A stretch of 64,000 nucleotides of DNA from Hypanus sabinus (Eukaryota). The notes below the pieces were generated by a model. The model did no database searches. It was not told the DNA's origin and worked only from the letters and a program-made list of their open reading frames with translations. The position numbers and the translations under genes are program-made. Below are positions 1 through 12,819 of the stretch, in pieces. The DNA lies in assembly GCF_030144855.1 (NCBI RefSeq), contig NC_082716.1, positions 66,836,001 through 66,900,000 on the forward strand, read 5' to 3'. Position 1 is the stretch's first letter. Every line of letters begins with the position of its first letter.

Positions 1-1327
1 CGCTACACTGACACTGAATCTGAAGCTCACTAAATACCTCTTTGAATATCACAATACCACACACTGCACAACCAACAACTCACCAGCGATGCTGTTCCTG
101 GCTCATCCCTTGCATTCATGCTTGGATAATCTCAAACCCAATGTCATAGATTGTTGGAAGAAAGAAATTTATAGCTGTATTCCATTAGAAAAAATTACTT
201 ATAATTTAAGAGATAAATATGAAACATTTCTGAAAATTTGGTGCCCTTATTTACAAAAGACAGGACTAAATATATAGGTGCTCTGAAGATGAAACAATTG
301 GTTACTTGGGGAAAGAAATAAATATATATACTAAAGTTATTACGAACTCCATGGAGCATGTGGGGATCTTCAAATATCCAGGCACTTTCTTTTTTTTCTT
401 TTTTTTCTATAGGGAAGTTAGGGGGGAGGGGTTAAGGGGAGGGGGAGGGGTTAAGGGGAGGGGGGAAGGGTTATATAATTTTTTTTCCATACTTTACTCT
501 GTAATCACTTAAAAATGCAATAAAAAAAGTTTTCAAAAGAAAAAAACAACCCAATGTCAGATGGAGTATGCAGGGAAACAGCCAAGAAAAAAATCGAGGA
601 CTCCTCAAACGAGGAGGTTCAATGTTTCACCCATGGACAAGCAGTCCTGGTGAAGGACTACCAAGGTGATCAAAAGATGAAAGACAGAACTGGACCACTC
701 TCCTACACAGCATAGATTGCATCTGATGTCATCTGAAGATGACATATCGATCAGATGAGAAGAGAAACATCAATTGTTGAAGAAGGAAAGTGTCAGAGCT
801 GTCAGAACCATTTCCTGCAGTCGCAGAGTCCTGCAACCACCATGGAGGAGGCCCCAGAACCTGAGATTGTTTCAGAGCCACAAGTCTCCCTGCCAAGAAG
901 AGTGACCCCATTGTCAGGAAAAACATCGTCCCACAAATCCTCCTCAGCAAGTAAATCTTTAGGTTTGAATGGGACAATTTAAAATTCACTCTGCCATGGA
1001 TGTCTATATGGTAGTTGTATATACAGTGTGTGTGTGTGTACATATAGTAGTTCTGTGTGTATATACATAGATGCATTCTGTATAGAGTTGGAGTTTATAC
1101 CGAAGCAGGGATGAGCAGATGTATTTACTATTTCAGTAATATTGTAAATATACTGTTTGATTAAACATTCTTTGTGGTTTACATAATTCATTATGGGTTA
1201 TACATTAAAGTATGTGAATGTATACGTCATGACACCACTACATTATATGTGTAAAACTAAGTAGACACGCATTCCCCCGGCTCCCATGTTTTTCTTTTGA
1301 TTAGTTTATGGAGTTACTTAACATAAA
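1..1327 (+). mobile_element. Gypsy LTR retrotransposon 3' remnant (integrase C-terminus plus probable 3' LTR ~1116-1327), split by an L1 insertion
   Basis: Degenerate integrase peptides EYHNTTHCTTNNSPAMLFLAHPLHSCLDNLKPNV and GQAVLVKDY...RTGPLSYT...HIDQMR; purine-rich tract before the AT-rich LTR-like segment. Confidence 0.7.
147..547 (+). mobile_element. 5'-truncated L1/Tx1-type LINE 3' end with a 12-bp TSD
   Basis: ORF2 C-terminus WKKEIYSCIPLEKITYNLRDKYETFLKIWCPYL*, G-rich 3'UTR, AATAAA and A-rich tail; AACCCAATGTCA duplicated at 135-146 and 548-559. Confidence 0.85.
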
Positions 1328-1704
1328 ATTTTGCTTATTTCAATATTTAATAATCTGCTGTCATTTATGTCTGATAGTATTTAGTACAAATAAATTTATT
1401 TTTAAGTTGTTTTATTGATTTTATTTTAAGTTTTGAACAGCTTTTAAATATCACTGACTAACAAGGACTTTTAAAGATAGTTCCAAAAAGCTTTGACGGT
1501 ATGCTGTCAGGTTCTACAGAAGAGTTCCCACCTGTTTCAAAAGAGCAACAATTATATCAGTGCCCAAGAAGAGCAGGGAGAGCTGCCTTAATGACTCTTG
1601 TCTAGTAGCACTCACATCTGTGGTGATGAAGTGCTTTGAGAGGATCATAATAGCAGCCAATTTCATAGCACCCAGGATTAGTTTATTTCTGACAATAAAT
1701 TAAT

Positions 1705-2420
1705 CTCAGAATCAGAGTTATTATGTTTCATGTGACATGAAATTTATTGTACTATGGAAGAAGTACAGTGCCAGGACATAAAAATCTATAAATTACAAAA
1801 CTAAATAAATGGTGAAAAGAAATAATAATAATGTGGTGTTCATGGGTTTATGGACTTCAGAAATCTGACAGCAGAATGGAAGAATATGTCCCTAAAATAC
1901 TGTGTGGGGGTCTTCAGGCTCCTGCACTACCTCCCTGATGGGAGTAACGAGATGAAGACATTCTGGATGGTGAGGTTTCTTGATGATAGATACCACCTTC
2001 TGAGGTTTCACCTCTTGAGGATGTCCTCAGTGGGGAGGACTGTGCCTGTGGTGGAGCTGGCTGAGTCCATAACCGTCTGCTGCCTCTTGCAATCCTCTGG
2101 CTCCTTACCCGGTAGTGGTGCAACCAGTCATAATGCTCTCCGCAATGTACCTGTAGAAATCTGTAAGAGCCTTTGGGGATATACCAAATGTCCTCAAACT
2201 CTAAATGAAGTAGAGCCACTGGTGTGTCTTCATCCTGACTGCATCAATGTGTTGGGCCCAGGATAGATCCTTTGAGATGCTGACAACCAGGAAGCCTTTG
2301 CAGTGCAGATTTCTCAGTGAGGACTAATGTGTGTCCCCCCAACTTCCACTTCATGAAGCCCACATTAAGATTCCTTAGTGTTGTTGACATGGTGTGTGAA
2401 GTTGTTATTGTGACACCACC
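1705..2420 (-). mobile_element. Rex1/Babar-type LINE 3' fragment
   Basis: Reverse-complement similarity to the 8060-8940 copy, including the (TCTGAT)-type tail. Confidence 0.65.
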
Positions 2421-2745
2421 ATATGGGCTGGATTGATCACACCCAATTATATGACTGTCCCAGAGATGTGGTAATGAGTATACAAGCACAACAAACTAAC
2501 TGAATTTAGTTTTATCATAGAATAGACAGAATAAATAAACCACATGAAATACTACATAGCAAGTCACAGAAATTTCTGGGCTCACAATTCCTAGTCACCA
2601 CTTAGTTGTTGTCAGTGGAACTCTGATTCTGACTTGTGACCCCACCCCTTGGCCCCAAGCACCTATCACAATTCTGGTCTGGGTGGAAACTCAATGAAGC
2701 CTGGGAAAGCACCCTCCTGAGTATGAATTTCACAAGTGCAGAGTT
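2420..2745 (-). repeat. 3' LTR of the ERV (diverged, apparently partial)
   Basis: Aligns by eye with 6515-6825 (shared GGCTGGATTGATCA, TACAAGCACAACAAA, ATACTACATAGCAAGTCACA, TTCCTAGTCACCACT). Confidence 0.75.
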
Positions 2746-5700
2746 AGCCAAATCCTTTTTTCTCACATTGTTCTATCATTAACAAATCTGGAGTACCTCC
2801 TTTCAAATGGTGATTGCTCATATTATACAAAGCATGGTGAAAGGCAGGTAACCATCCAGATAAGGTGTGGACAGAAGTAAGTAAACAATTTTGCTGTTTT
2901 AATGGGCCATTCATTCGTTCAATGGCCTGAGGATAATGGGACATGGAATATGGATAATAGGGGACATGGAAGACCAACCAGAGCCAGACCACTCTTGTAT
3001 CCTGGAACCCAACAAGTGAGAACTATTATTGGATTGGATTTCAAGGGGATCTCTGTTTGCAGAAGCAGGATGTTCTAATCCCTTAAGGTTACCATCCTGA
3101 TTAACAGTAGGCATTGCCATCAAAAGACAAGAATAAGTATCCACATTAGTGAGGAAGTACTCGAATTGCTTCTGTAAATGAAGGGGACCGACATAATCAA
3201 TGTGCCAAACCTGAGCAGGGGCATATCCAGGGCAAATGGCAGCCAAGCGTCATTTTAGAAGCTTAAGTTCTAGTCACAGCCCTGCTGAGCACATCAGAAT
3301 ATCAAAGGAAACACCCCCACACAACAGGTGAGACATTTACTGGAGTAGCTCCAAGTGTCAGTGACACAGCCTGAGGGGATTCAGCAACCAGTTCATGTAT
3401 TTTATTCATCGTGTTCTGTCCCTTTGATGCTCATACAGAAATATACCACTTCCACTTAACAATAGAACACTATTGTGTATGCTGTATCTTACGCGTGAGT
3501 GTGTCAGAAAGTACCATCCCATAACAGGAAGATCAGGAAGAAGAGAGAAGAGGGAATCCCGCATCTGAGTTTTAGTTTCTGCTAAAGCCCAATAGCAGGC
3601 AGGAGGTTTTTTCCCCAGTGTATCTGGTGTCAGCATCAGGAAGCTTTTGGGACCAGAAACCCAGAGGCATATTCTTTCCACCATACTTCTGCCAGAGGCT
3701 CCAGACAGCCACATCATCTTCAACAGGACCTACAACTTAAAAGGGATGCCCTCTCAACAAGGAGATGGGGTAAGGTCATGGCGACGGCCTCCTTTGCAAC
3801 TTCAAAAGCTGATCATTGCTCAAGGCCCCATGCAAAATTAATCTTCTTTCTGGTCAAAGGTGCATGGTCTAATAGGGCATGTGGCACTGCCAGTATCCCA
3901 GAAGGCCAACTTGTTTTGGGCCTCTTGTTTTGTCATAGAAAGTGCTATGCCTAGGATCTTATTTTTGACCTTATTGGGATTGTATTGCCAGAAAATGAAT
4001 AGTCATAGCTGGGCCCTTTACTTTATCAGGGTTAATTTACCATTCTCTTGATTACATGTGATAAATTAAAGTATTCAGGGCTTCAGAACCCTCCTCTTTA
4101 GAGGACCCCTGCAATAGCACATCATGGAAGCTGTGTAAAGATGTTCTGAAGGTCATTCCATGTGAAAGCAAACTGACCTTGGGATTGCTCAACAATAGGG
4201 ATGGAGAAGAAAGCATTAGCCAAATCATAACTATCAATCCAGCTAGAAATGTCCTCAATCGTCTGGAACAGCTGTGGCCAGTGGAAGGACGAACAAATTT
4301 AACTGGAGATAATCGATAGTTATGCACCATGAACCAGCAGGTTTCTGAACTGGTTGAGGCAGGATGGAGAACCCCCAGGTTTTGGAGGGATTCAACTGTC
4401 TCGCCGATTTCCTTATGCCTCCACTCCGGGATGTGATATTGCTTTGTAACTACTACTTGCAATGGCAAGGGTACAAAGACAGGTTTCCGTTTTGTCTTCC
4501 CAACCAGAATGGACACCTTCCTAATACCAAAGCAAATTTGCCAAAGGGTGTCATGATAGAGGTTCCTGTTAACAAGTCAATTCCTAAAATGTTGTCAGGT
4601 ACCTGAGAGATGAGCACAGGGTCAGATCAAGAAGGACCCTCGCCAATAGTGAGATGGACCTTTGTACAGCATCTGTAACCGATCCCCATATCCCTAAATA
4701 TTCACTCGCTCCCTAATATAGATCCGGATTCCCTTGTAAGGTAACCTCAGCCCCAGTGTCCACCAGGGTGATTCACCGCTGCTCATTACTGTGTGACCAC
4801 CGATGGGTAATAGGTACGCATGACCTCAGGTCTCCCTCTGGGACACCAGGAGTGTGGGTTGTCCTCATAGCAACAGCGGGGGTTCCAGAGCCCTGGCCAT
4901 ACTCCCAGGCAACAGGTTGAGTAATCTGCCATCCAGGGTCCAATTCATGCGTCCAGATATAACCAGGAATGTCCTTCTTTTTGGGTTTAACATTACGTTC
5001 CAGTGTCGGGGTCGAAAGGGCGACTTTTGTTTAGGTGATAGAATACAACCCACCTGGATCAAATGCTCACGGTACAGCACATCAAGTACACCCGTAAGTA
5101 CACTGTTATTTTGTTCCCTTATCTTCCCGTGCCTTCAGCAGGAATAGAAGCATTTCCTTTCTACTAAGACAAGAAGAAGGGCTCTTTGATACTGACTGCT
5201 GGGACAGTCAGCTGCTTTGGGGCATTCCTGGTTCCATTCATCAAGTGCCCAGACTGCCCTTGCTGCCTTAAAAGCAGCCTTAACCTACACCCAATCCCTA
5301 CCTACATCTGACCCTTCAAGTCAGGCCAATAGACTGCTAGCCTCTGCAACAGTCCGACCCTCAGCTGGCCCTAATAGAGCCAACAAGATAAATCGCCACT
5401 GTGAGAGTCCCCATTCCGTCAACAGGATGTGCGTACCAAGGGAAAAGGGGGCAACGTGAGGGCCTTTAGAGGCATTGTTATTACTATAAATGGCAGATTG
5501 TGTTGCCATATCATAGAAGCATGAAATAGCCTCCAGGAAAGTTTTCCGGGGATGGGGAGAAGCATCCCAATCCAAAAAGGCAGCTTTTAAGACCTCTGCC
5601 CACAGAGAGCGTTCAACTCCACTAGCCTGACCAGCCCGTAATTCAGCCAGCACCAATGGATCCGAAGTTATGAACCCAACTGAATCAGTTCATGCTTACT

Positions 5701-6487
5701 AAAAATCATTTGGGAGTCTCCTAGATCCAATAGACAGGCTGGATAAAGATTCCCCTGGCCACTGACACAGTCGCTGGGCTAAATCCTGATCCTCGGTGGT
5801 AGTGTAGTTACAAATAGTGGTCTCGTGGTGGTAGGGACAGCCACTGCACCTTGTTCACATTCCGTCGCTCCTCTTTAACTTTTACATAATGGAGGGGGCG
5901 AGCCTCGATTACATTGTCTTCGTCCCAATCTGAATCATCATCATACCAGATATCCCCACCCCAAGAATGTGTCCCAGTCCTCCTGCAGGATCATAGATCG
6001 GACCTCTACAGGCTCCGCTGTCACGCATGCGCCAATTCTGCATTATGGTAGCCAGTCTACATACCACAGCAATCTGTTTAGGTTCGTGGCACTCAGAGCA
6101 ATCCTAATCCGCCCGTGCTGTTTCACTTAAAATAGTGTTCTGACAACCCAAAGAGGCCAACTCATGCTGCAGTCACTTGTTTTCCTCAGAGAGCTCAGCT
6201 ACTACTATGCTGAACTTCTGCAATGCAGTCATAAAAATCGACTCTACCTGAGAGAGAGAATCCTTCTTAGAAGGAAAGCTATATGCTAAAGGGACTGTGA
6301 TACTACATATGGAAGCTTAACATAAGACAATTCAGAAAAATACCTTCTTCCAACATCTGGGGGACCACATTTAATCAAAACATTAGCCAGTAATCCAGAA
6401 CCCTCAGAATTACCTGTCCATCTGGGGACCCAATAAATCTCAGGTATGAAATCGCTCGACTGCTTGTCCACCTCCACATTTTCCTGG

Positions 6488-6505
6488 CGCCTCCTCGCAG
6501 CGCCA
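6488..6505 (-). other. Primer-binding site, tRNA-Ser-like
   Basis: TGGCGCTGCGAGGAGG begins 3 nt after the LTR-terminal CA; it resembles the complement of vertebrate tRNA-Ser(CGA/TGA) 3' ends as I recall them. Confidence 0.7.
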
Positions 6506-6508
6506 AAG

Positions 6509-6941
6509 TGTAACAGGCTGGATTGATCATATCCAAACTATTCACATGTCCAGGAGCTGTGATAGTAAGTGTACAAGCACAACAAAGTAATTTAAGCCTA
6601 GTTTATTGTCATGAAATAGATAGCACAAATAAACCACACAACATACTACATAGCAAGTCACAAGGATATCTGGGCTCAGGGTTCCTAGTCACCACTCAGT
6701 CATTGTCGGGAACTCTGGTTCCAACTTGTGAAACTATCTCTTGATCCCAAGCACTGTTCACAATTCTGGTCCGGGTGAAATTACAACAAAGCCTCATAAA
6801 TACGAGTTTCATAAGTGCAGAGTCAACAAAAGACAGACACATCCTTTGTTCTTGCCCATTAACACAGTCTGATTTCTTCCATTCAAACAACACATCATGG
6901 CAATTAACATAGTTTTATAGTGGATACTCCTTGTTGTTACA
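6509..6941 (-). repeat. 5' LTR of the ERV
   Basis: Bounded by a TGTAACA...TGTTACA inverted repeat; minus-strand AATAAA at 6607-6602; homologous to 2420-2745. An alternative outer end lies at 6990. Confidence 0.7.
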
Positions 6942-8059
6942 TTCCTTAATCTCACAATGTCCATGATGCACAACATCCCTTGGGTTTACACAGTACATTA
7001 ATGTTTATGGTTAGTGATTAATCTGAAATCTGAAACAATTCCACTTGACAGGCATTCAGACTAAAAGACCTACAGACCCCACATGCTACAAGTTTAGAAA
7101 GAATTAAGTTGTCATCCTACCTGAGAAATATTCAATCATTACTCTATAAATTCCATATGCAACAACTGCACAACCAGCTGTAACCAAATATAACCAGCTG
7201 AACTAGATCACACCTGTAGGCCGCCCCATTTTAATCTAAGATTTTATCAACAACAGTGGTATCTAAGCTAATCTAAACAATTCAGAACGATACCACAAAG
7301 AAAAGTAGGTTATACTTTGATCAGGTTTATGCTCATTTCAATGCCGCTTTAAAAACATATCTGAGTGCAGATAGCCTTGTTTTATACCGTACTTTTTCCT
7401 AAATAAACCTGTACACCTCCTAAACTAATGTTTCAGTATTTTGGTACACATGAAGTTCATTTGTACTTGCACAAAATCCCATTCACCCATTAAGCCTGTT
7501 CTTGCTGAGCCATGCGGGCCCCCAGACCAATAAAACCAGAATTTTAAAAACTTCACCCTTGTTTTCAAACCCCTTTAGGGCTTTATTCCTTCCTTTCAAT
7601 ATGACCATCAAAATCTCTGATTTTCTTCAGTTTTTGCCTCTAGCGCATTCCAACCTTTAATCACTTCAGGGTGGTGGCTATCCAGAACTGGTCTTTTAAA
7701 CATGTCAGCTTCTCTTTCAATGTTCTCAGTCATCCTTCAATGAGACAATTTTTGTTGATGACATTCTTACTAAGCACCCTGGGATATCTTTCCCTGAAAT
7801 GTATGTTTCCCTTCAAATATTAGCTCATTTGTTCTGACAATGTTCAATGTATGCTATTCCATGAATTCAATACACAATGAATGTAATATATGCATTGCAA
7901 GCAGAACAAATGCTTACATTACAGAACAACCATGAGAAATATATACTGTATATGTTAATCACACAAACCAACCTCCCCTCCATTTAATCTGTCTACACTT
8001 CCTACTGCCTCAGGAATGCAGTTAATATAATCAGGGACCCATGCAACCCTCTACCAACC

Positions 8060-8940
8060 ATTGGTGGTAGAATCTCAGATGGAGACAAGAGGGCATACAG
8101 GATTGAGATATAGCAGCTGGTTGAGTGGTATCACAGCAACAACCTTGCACTCAATGTCAGTAAGATGAAAGAGTTGATTGTAGACTTCAGGAAGGGCTTA
8201 CCTTGCTCAGGGAACATGAACCAATCCTCATAGAGGGATCAAAAGTGGAGAGAGTGAGCAATTCAAGTTCCTGGACATGAAGATCTCTGAGGATCTAACC
8301 TGGACCCAACATATTGATACAACTATAAAGAAGGCAAGGCAGCAGCTATATTTCATTAGGAGTTTGAAGAGGTTTGGTATGTCACCTAAAACACTCAAAA
8401 GCTTTTACAGTTGTACTGTGGAGAGCATTCTGACAGGCTGCATCATTGCCTGGTATGGGGGGGGGGGGGGGGAGCGCACAGGGCTAAAGAAAGTTGTAAA
8501 ATTAGTCAGCTTCATCACAGGTACTAGCCTCCGTAGAATCCAAAGACATCTTCAAGGAGCGGTGCCTCAGAAAGGCAGCGTCCATTATTAAGGACCTCCA
8601 GCACCAAGGGCATGCCCTTTTCTCACTGTTACCATCAGGTAGGAGATACAGAAGACTGAAGGCTCACAGTCAGCAATTCAGGAACAGCTTCTTCCCCTCT
8701 GCCATCCAATTCCTAAATGGACACTGAACTCATGAACACTACCTCACTTTTTTATATATATTATTTTCTGTTTTGCACTATTTTTAATCTCTATTTAATA
8801 TGCATATATATACTTACTGTAATTGATTTACTTATTTAATTTTTTCTTTCTATATTATCATGTATTGCATTGAACTGCTGCTGCTAAGTTAACAAATTTC
8901 ACGACACATGCTGGTGATAATAAACCTGATTCTGATTCGA
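8060..8940 (+). mobile_element. Rex1/Babar-type LINE 3' fragment
   Basis: ISEDLTWTQHI...KKARQQLYFIRSLKRFGMSPKTL..FY.CTVESILTGCIIAWYG; tail AATAAACCTGATTCTGATTC. Confidence 0.85.
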
Positions 8941-9164
8941 ATTCTCCACTCCTCCATCAAGCAGAAGATAGCATGAACCATCAGACTCGAGGACAGTTTC
9001 TATCCAGCTATTATCAGACACTACAATTCTCTCAAATGCTAAAGGGTGAATTTATAAACTCTCAATCTACCTTGTACTTGTCTATTTGCACTGCACTGTC
9101 TCTGTAACTGTAACAGTATATCCTGCATTCTGTTATCTTTTATACTACTATGACTATCATCATA

Positions 9165-10200
9165 GTAAGTGACTATTGCCCCGTAGCATTTACATCCACA
9201 ATGATTAAGTACTTTGGGAGGATGGTGTTGAAACATATCAGCTCCTGTCTGAGAAGCAACTTAGATCTGCTCCAATTTGCATACTGTCATAACAGATCTA
9301 CAGCAGATGCCATTTTATTGGTTCTTCACTCAAGCGTGGAACATCTGAACAGCAAAGATGCATACATCACGATGACCTTTATTGACGGCTGCTCAGCATT
9401 CAATAAAACCATCCTCTCTAAACTAATCAATAAGCTTCAAGTCCTTGGCCTCAATACCTCTTTGTACAATTGCATCCTCCACTTTCTCACTTGCAGATCC
9501 CAGTCAGTCTGGTTTAGCAACTACATCTCCTCCACTAGCACAGGTGCACCACAAGACTGTTTGCTCAGCCCCCTGCTCTCCTCACTTCACACTTAGACTG
9601 TGTGGCTAAGTACAGTTCCAATGCCATATTCAAGTTTGCTGACAACACCACTGCCATAGGCCAAATCACAGGTGGTGACAAATCAGCGTATAGGAGGGAA
9701 TTTGAAAAATCTGGCTTCGTGGTGCATAACAACGACCTATTATTCAATGTCAGTAAGACAAATGAGCTGATTATTGATTTTGGGATAAGGTCCATGAGCC
9801 ATTGCTCATTAGGCGATCAGAGGTGGAGGAGGTCAGCAACTTTAAATTGCTTGGTGTTATTATTTTGGAGGGTATGTCCTTGGCCCAGCACTTAAGTACA
9901 GTTACAAAGAAAGCACAGCAGCACCTCTTACTTCCTTAGGAGTTTGTGGAGATTTGGCATGACATCTAAAACTTTGACAAACTTCTACAGATGTGTAGTT
10001 GAGAGTATATTGACTGGCTGCATCACAGCCTGGTATGGAAACACCAAAGCTCTTGGACAGAAAATTCTACAAAAAGATGTGGATATGGGCTAATCTATCA
10101 CGGGTAAAGCCCTCCCCACCCTTGAGCACATCTACAGGAAACGCTGTCTCAGGGAAGCAGTATCCGTCATCAGAGACTCCCACTACCCAGGACATGCTCT
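9165..10200 (+). mobile_element. Rex1/Babar-type LINE RT fragment
   Basis: PVAFTSTMIK..., LDLLQFAYCHNRSTADAI, TGAPQDCLLSPLL, KFADNTT. Confidence 0.85.
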
Positions 10201-12506
10201 CTTTTTGATGGGAATTACATTATAGCTTTGGTAGTAGACATTATATATATTTTTACAGCTCTGTGGGGTCAAATGCTCAATTAATTTTTTTTTTACATAG
10301 TGTAATGGTTGGCCTGGAGTTTTGTAGTGGTAGGGTGGGGATGATATTAACTTTATATGATTTTATTTTGGGCGCTGCTTCCTTATTGTTATGGTTTTTA
10401 TATTTGATATGTTTATCTTGCACTGTATTAATCTTCATTTTGTAGTTGGGTTTTTCTGTTTGTAGTTGTCTTGTAGAAATGCATAAAAATTAATTTTTAA
10501 AAATTGTATATGGTGATGTACATGTACTTTGATAATAAATTTACTTTGAACTTTTATGTAATTATGGCATGATTTGTTTAAATGGTCCAGTTTAAGATGG
10601 CATTGGTGAAGGTCTGGAGATGAGGGACAGGTCTGTTCATCTCACTGCTCAGCAGGGTCTACTCATCTCAGTGCTGAACCGTGGTTGTGACCTCTAACTA
10701 ACAAGTTCCTGAATCGGCTGTCGTGAACTTCAGTTCTGAATGCTATTTGTTTACTTTTATTGTTTGCATGGTTTACATACCTTTTTCTCTGTACATTGGG
10801 TGGTTGATGGTCTTTTTTAATGGGTTCTATTCAGTGCCTTTGTTTTGTGGCTGCCTGTAAGGAGACACATCTCAAGGTTGAATATTGTATGCATATTTTG
10901 ATAATAAATGTACTTTGAAAACTTTAAATGACATGCAGAACAAAACCTTTTCACTGGATCTCAGTACATGTGATAATAAAGTAATTCAATGAGTGTCATT
11001 TATTCATCTTAAGCCAATTTATCTACAGTTTTAAATGAACACTAAAGTGTACAAAAAATGACTTTTCATATTACTTTCTTTCAAGACTTTTTTTGAAAAT
11101 CGTTCCTCAATTCCAGACTTCAGTTCCTTGTGTGTTAATAAAATTGCCTAATTCTACTAACTTTCAAGAACAATTAATTCTGAAAGGATATTTTTGATTA
11201 AAAGTGATTTCTGATTAGCGAGACGTGATTGTAATGTTTAGTTTGCATTTCAATCTCATTTATATAAATTATATGCTTTTGTTGTTATTCCTTAATATTT
11301 ATTTTCACTTTTAAGGTAAGGGGAGCACATCCTTTCTACAGTGGGACAGACAAAACTACACATAATTCTCCAAGAGTCATTTATCCAGTATTTTACAAAG
11401 TTGCAACATAACATTTTTTATTTCATGACCCAACCAATGAAGACAAACCAAGAAGACATATGCCTTCTTCACCATCCTATCTGCGTGTATCGCCACTTCT
11501 CAGGAACTACAGACTTGAACCTCAAGGTCTATATTTCATCAAAATTCCTTAGCCCCTATTTACTGTAAATGTCTTATCCCCATTTATTTCCCAAAATGCA
11601 ACATTTTGCAATTGTTGGGTTTAAATTCAATCTGCCCTCCAATATTCCAACAAATCTGTATCATGCTGTATCCTTAGATATCTTTCGTCGCCACCTGCAA
11701 TACCACCAACTTTGGTGTCATTTGCAAACTCCTACATTTACATTCAAATCATTGAAATGTATCACCAATGATTAGGTCCCAACATGGGTCTCAGGCTTCC
11801 AATCAGAAAAACATCACACTCTGCTGCCTATCACTAAGCCCGTTTTGGATCTAATTCAGGGGCTCACCTTGGATCCTGTGTGCCGGAGCATCCTTGACCA
11901 TTGTTGAGTTCTCCACATCAACATCCAAGAGTCACCAAAGACTCAGAACATGGGCAGCTACAGGTCAAAGGCTGGGCATCTTGCACCAGCAAACCACTTC
12001 ATGAGAAGGACTGCAGTGCATTAAGAAGGCAGCTCCTCATCACCTTCTGAAGGACAACTGGAGATGCCAGTAAATGGCTTTTCCAACAGCACCAACATTC
12101 GGTGATTTAATAAGGAAAATGTATACATTTACAAGTTTATAGATCTAACAAATCCAGATAATTATCTTGTGACAGAGATTGAAATTTGTCACTCAGCTAA
12201 CTTTATACTTTGGATTTAAAGAAAAGGGTCAGAGTACAATTCTGACCCATGTGGAGTCACTGGCTGGGTTTCCGTGTAAATCAGGTTTCGTCTCAGTTCC
12301 TGCTCCATACCCAAAGCTCATTGGGTGGGTAGATCAACTACCCCTGGTGGCGTAACTGACAGATTCTGGGGGTGTTCATGGGAATGCGGGAACAATAAAA
12401 ATGGGGTCAGTGTAAATCAGTACTCCGGGGTTAGTGTAGATTAGGTGGACTGATCCCAGTCACAGTTTTAAAACAGCTTCTTCCACTCTGACCACAGATT
12501 TCCGAA

Positions 12507-12682
12507 TGGTAAACTATCTATACCTGTCTGGACACACCCCTCTGCTGGCTCCCACAGAGCCCTGTATAAAGGCGATTGGGGCACTGCTCCTCCCTCAGTC
12601 TTTGACATGTCGAGCTCCCTTTTGCTGTTAATAAAAGCTTATCGTCCACTTCCAGTCTCCTAGAGTTATTGATGGTGCATCA
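12507..12682 (+). mobile_element. Solo LTR (probably Gypsy type) just upstream of the NDC1 promoter
   Basis: TG...CA-bounded 176-bp segment with TATAAA (12565-12570) and AATAAA (12630-12635), interrupting a LINE 3' remnant; no clear TSD. Confidence 0.6.
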
Positions 12683-12819
12683 CTATGAAATCATGAACAG
12701 TATCTTGTCATTCGTCTTTTGCACTCTTTACTTAGTTTGTAATCGATGTAATTTTCAGTCGTTAAAAAAAAAACAAATTGCACTACATTCGTGAATGATT
12801 AAAAAAACTGATTTCCAAG

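Larger units (their letters stand above)
2420..6941 (-). mobile_element. Defective class III (ERV-S/ERV-L-like) endogenous retrovirus: LTR-PBS-gag-pro-pol-LTR, no env
   Basis: Protease LVDTGAEVTLQGNPD (~4720-4770). RT N-terminus KQYHIPEWRHKEIGETVESLQNLGVL (ORF 4052-4516). Integrase PAQVWHIDYVGPL...NVDTYS and FHVPY..PQAIERMNGPLK (2744-3246). Direct repeats at ~2420-2745 and 6509-6941. Confidence 0.85.

Noticed and set aside
2400-7000. Target-site duplication and env gene for the ERV
   Set aside because: No matching flanks found (the left end abuts a LINE fragment), and there is no room or ORF for env between integrase and the 3' LTR.
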